From assembly GCA_045106895.1 (NCBI GenBank), contig JBGCFM010000048.1, forward strand, positions 1-20,543: a stretch of 20,543 bases of DNA, in the 5' to 3' direction. This DNA is from Polyangiales bacterium. Its GTDB lineage: Bacteria > Myxococcota_A > Polyangia > Polyangiales > Houyiibacteriaceae. Shown one piece after another: positions 17,974-20,543 of this stretch (positions are counted from its first letter, which is position 1; the number at the start of each line of letters is the position of its first letter). A program made the position numbers and the translations under genes. The notes under the pieces are model-generated. The model did no database searches, had not been told where the DNA came from, and worked only from the letters and a program-made list of their open reading frames with translations.

Positions 17974-20268
17974 CTAGCGGCGCCGACGCAGGATTGCGGC
18001 GCCAATGAAGCCGAGAGCCAGTATCCACGGCGTGGGAGCGCCTGAACGACCTGGCGACGCGGAGCAAGGGGAGCTCGTGATGCTGGCCGTCTCGGCGCGA
18101 ACGAGGTCTTCAGGATCGGCTTCGCCGCCTTCGCCGTTGGTTTCCTCGAAGTCGACAACGAAGCCCCCGCCGCCTGCGCCGCCATCGGGGACCACGCCTA
18201 CGGAACACCACGTGGTGTCGCCGCGCACATCGCAAACGCGCAGGCCGTTCTCGATGCCCGTGCCGGACACCTCGACGGTGTAGCGACCCGGCGCGACGTT
18301 GAAGACGAAGAGGCCGTCGCCTTCGCGGCTGATGGTCTCTGCGTCGGTTTCGCGAATACGCACGCGGGCATTGGTCACGCGAGTGAAGACGTCGCCTTGG
18401 GTAAAGACCACACCGACGAGTTCATGAGAGCTCGCTTCTGGCACGAGACCGAGAGAGCAAGTCGACTGGCGACCCGCGTTGACGATGCAGGCTCGAGTGA
18501 CGGAGGAGTGCCCTTCGGAGCTGCCGACGAGCGTGTAGGTGCCAGCGGGAAGCGCCATGGTGAACTGCCCTGAGGCGTCCGGCGCTACGCTAAGGCCGGT
18601 TTCCGTGACGACGATCTGTCCGCGTGTGATGGGCGCGCCGGTGCCCATGCCGTTGTCGACGAAGAGGAGTCCAGCGATGCTGCCGTCTTCCGTGGTTTCG
18701 CCGCGAGTCATTTCGATAGAGCACCAGACTTCGCCGGCACTGACCATGCAGCTCTGACGCGTGGTCATGAAGCCCGGAGCGCTCGCCTCTAGGGTGTAGG
18801 TGCCGGCGCTCGCCGCGATCTCCCAGGACGCATCGTCGCTTGCAACGGCGACGACGTCGCCGGTCTCCACGACTCGAACGCTCGCGTCGACGATGCGATC
18901 GTCGATGTCGCCTTCGGCGAAGACCACACCGCGCATGCGCCCAGAGTCCATCATTGGATCCACCGGCTCCTCGCAGACGCCGACGCTGAAACCGTTCGCC
19001 GGGGACATCGCCAAACGTGACCCGGTCTGGTTTCCGTAGAGGCCGTCTTCAGCGATGGTGTCGCTTGGGTTGTTGACGTTCCAGAGGCGCTGGAAGGCGC
19101 GCACGGAGTCGTTGCGCTGGTCGCTGCCGGGGCAGTCGAAGTGCACGGGGTCGCGGGCGCCGAGCCAGCGACAACCTTGAGCTTCGAGCGTCGAGCGGAG
19201 CGAGCTGTGGTTGGAGACGTCGACGGCGCGACCGCTCTGGTGGTTGCTTCGTCCGGGACGCGCTGCGAGTCCGCAGCCGCCGGACGTGTAGAGCACGTAT
19301 TGGTCCGCCACCGTGCGGAACGCGGAGTTGATGGAGATCGGCCGGAACGCCGCGGCTCGATGAAGCGCGTCGCGCGTGGATGCCTGCGCGTAGGGGTGAA
19401 CGCGGTCGCTGGTAAGCGTCACACCGGGGTGCGGCGCGAAGCGAACGAAGGCCCCGGGGTTCATGCAGCGCTGCGCTTCGGCGAGCTGCGCCGAGAGACC
19501 TTCGGCGCCCGCCGTGCTGCACGCGCCGCGCGCGGCGATTTCTTGAATCGTGGGCCCGGCTGGCGGTGGTGGTGGGGGAGCGGGTGCGTCGCCGCCCGTC
19601 GTTGCCCAGAAGGCTGCGCCCATCTCATTGAAGACGTCTCGGGTCTTCTCGCCATAGCTTGCGTAGCGACTGGTCCAGCAGCTCGAAGACATGCGGCATC
19701 CGTTGTAGTGACGAACGACGGTGCTGATCCACGCGTCCCAGCGCGAGTTGTCGATGCGCACGCCGTTCATCCAGTCGATGGCTTGAGCGTCGGTGGAGAC
19801 GCCGGAGATGAAGCTGGAGTTCTTGACCATGTTCGTCACGAACTCGACGGCGCGTGTGACGTTCCCGTCGATGCGCAGGATGGCGTTGCCGTCACGGGCG
19901 AGGGTCTGAGAGAAGGTGCCACCGTCGAACTGAAAGAGACCGAGGCCGCCTTGCTGCAGTGAGCAAGGGCCATCGCCGGAGCCAGCGATGACGGGACCGC
20001 CGCCGCAGTCCGGGGAGTCGGGTCCCTGGCACGCCCACGTCGCCTCGGACCAGCAATGCGCGAGCCCCGTCTCCGCCTGAGCGATGCCAGCGAGCATCCA
20101 ACCTTGGGTCATGCCCGCTGCACGTGCAGCATCTCGAATCTGGCTGGCCCGCGCCCTTCGCTCGCTCGCCGTGAGATTCGCTTCGATGGCGCCGAAGTCG
20201 CTGTATTCGTTCGACACTTCCGCGGCGCAGGCGCTGAGGGTGAGGAGTACGAGGAGGTAGGTGCGCAT
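17974..20268 (-). CDS. Multi-domain peptidoglycan hydrolase: lysozyme/SLT-like domain, M15 metallopeptidase, PG-binding domain, three carboxypeptidase-regulatory-like domains, MYXO-CTERM
   Basis: Lipobox MRTYLLVLLTLSAC. AET...GLGLFQF...HYNG. SAFRTVADQ...SNHQSGRAVD...DPVHF. VRAFQRLWN...EDGLYGNQT. Three G[T/R]YT[L/V] repeats. Tail CSASPGRSGAPTPWILALGFIGAAILRRRR. Confidence 0.88.
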   Translation of the reverse strand: MRTYLLVLLTLSACAAEVSNEYSDFGAIEANLTASERRARASQIRDAARAAGMTQGWMLAGIAQAETGLAHCWSEATWACQGPDSPDCGGGPVIAGSGDGPCSLQQGGLGLFQFDGGTFSQTLARDGNAILRIDGNVTRAVEFVTNMVKNSSFISGVSTDAQAIDWMNGVRIDNSRWDAWISTVVRHYNGCRMSSSCWTSRYASYGEKTRDVFNEMGAAFWATTGGDAPAPPPPPPAGPTIQEIAARGACSTAGAEGLSAQLAEAQRCMNPGAFVRFAPHPGVTLTSDRVHPYAQASTRDALHRAAAFRPISINSAFRTVADQYVLYTSGGCGLAARPGRSNHQSGRAVDVSNHSSLRSTLEAQGCRWLGARDPVHFDCPGSDQRNDSVRAFQRLWNVNNPSDTIAEDGLYGNQTGSRLAMSPANGFSVGVCEEPVDPMMDSGRMRGVVFAEGDIDDRIVDASVRVVETGDVVAVASDDASWEIAASAGTYTLEASAPGFMTTRQSCMVSAGEVWCSIEMTRGETTEDGSIAGLLFVDNGMGTGAPITRGQIVVTETGLSVAPDASGQFTMALPAGTYTLVGSSEGHSSVTRACIVNAGRQSTCSLGLVPEASSHELVGVVFTQGDVFTRVTNARVRIRETDAETISREGDGLFVFNVAPGRYTVEVSGTGIENGLRVCDVRGDTTWCSVGVVPDGGAGGGGFVVDFEETNGEGGEADPEDLVRAETASITSSPCSASPGRSGAPTPWILALGFIGAAILRRRR

Positions 20269-20280
20269 GGGCGCATGTAG

Positions 20281-20297
20281 CGCAAGGAACGCGCCAG
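20281..20297 (-). promoter_or_regulatory. Putative sigma54 (-24/-12) promoter
   Basis: Minus strand CTGGCGCGTTCCTTGCG matches TGGCACG-N4-TTGC with exact GG-N10-GC spacing and one mismatch. Confidence 0.7.
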
Positions 20298-20387
20298 CTT
20301 TTTGCCGGACAAAAGAATGCAGATCTCCCTGGTTTTTGGGAGCGTCGTGTTTTGAGTCCGCACTTTTGGGGCGCCGTGTGGCCCCGA

Positions 20388-20404
20388 TGTCCAATGTTTG
20401 GACA
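20388..20404. promoter_or_regulatory. Perfect palindrome, candidate enhancer-binding-protein site
   Basis: TGTCCAA-TGT-TTGGACA, about 120-135 bp upstream of the predicted sigma54 start. Confidence 0.55.
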
Positions 20405-20414
20405 GTGGCGAAAG

Positions 20415-20543
20415 CTAGAGATCGTTGAAGCGGATGGTGGTGTCGAAGCGAGTCTCGGGCTCCGGTCGAAGAGCCCTCGCGCTGGCGGCGATGCCGACGA
20501 TGACCGCCGTTCCGATGCCCGCCCAAACGCCCCAGTGCTGGAA
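20415..20543 (-). CDS. 3' end of a gene truncated by the window edge (not in the ORF track)
   Basis: Minus frame reads FQHWGVWAGIGTAVIVGIAASARALRPEPETRFDTTIRFNDL*. The Trp-rich hydrophobic C-terminal segment resembles tails of myxobacterial PEGA/TPR proteins. Confidence 0.65.
   Translation of the reverse strand, partial: FQHWGVWAGIGTAVIVGIAASARALRPEPETRFDTTIRFNDL

Noticed and set aside
518..19962. Many alternate-frame and antisense ORFs (e.g. 1970-3013, 7893-8690, 15881-16588, 19141-19962)
   Set aside because: Expected in high-GC DNA; they lie over stronger genes and carry no motifs.
20269..20526. N-terminal 86 aa of the 850-aa ORF
   Set aside because: The signal peptide begins at ATG 20268; the extension covers the promoter region and another gene's 3' end.
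1..20543. CRISPR array, tRNA/rRNA, IS element or prophage
   Set aside because: No repeat-spacer pattern, cloverleaf, transposase, integrase or phage structural gene was seen; all intergenic gaps are under about 160 bp.

Overview
High-GC bacterial DNA, most likely Myxococcota (Polyangiales/Sandaracinaceae-like), inferred from a MYXO-CTERM tail, an HRDVSPQN-type Ser/Thr kinase with a PEGA domain, a DUF1592/DUF1552 pair and many lipoproteins. In order, the window holds a 5'-truncated, somewhat divergent dnaK with its terminator, then a co-oriented envelope cassette (beta-helix lipoprotein, OMP-like lipoprotein, ECF sigma factor, membrane anti-sigma candidate, SBBP beta-propeller lipoprotein, DUF1592 CxxCH lipoprotein, Tat-exported DUF1552 protein). 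These are followed by a small Cys-cluster protein, a variant macrodomain, an ABC exporter, a membrane protein, a double zinc-ribbon protein, a Ser/Thr kinase, an alpha/beta hydrolase, a large multi-domain peptidoglycan hydrolase and the 3' end of another gene. The most notable non-coding signal is the bipartite motif TCATAATmACGC-N11-CACT-N7-start codon, present with identical spacing before the ECF sigma gene and the DUF1592/DUF1552 operon, each copy preceded by the same 12-mer in opposite orientation. There is also a sigma54 promoter with a perfect upstream palindrome before the peptidoglycan hydrolase, and repeated leaderless-type promoter geometry. No tRNA, rRNA, CRISPR array or mobile element was seen. 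All family calls come from motif recognition by eye; no searches were run.
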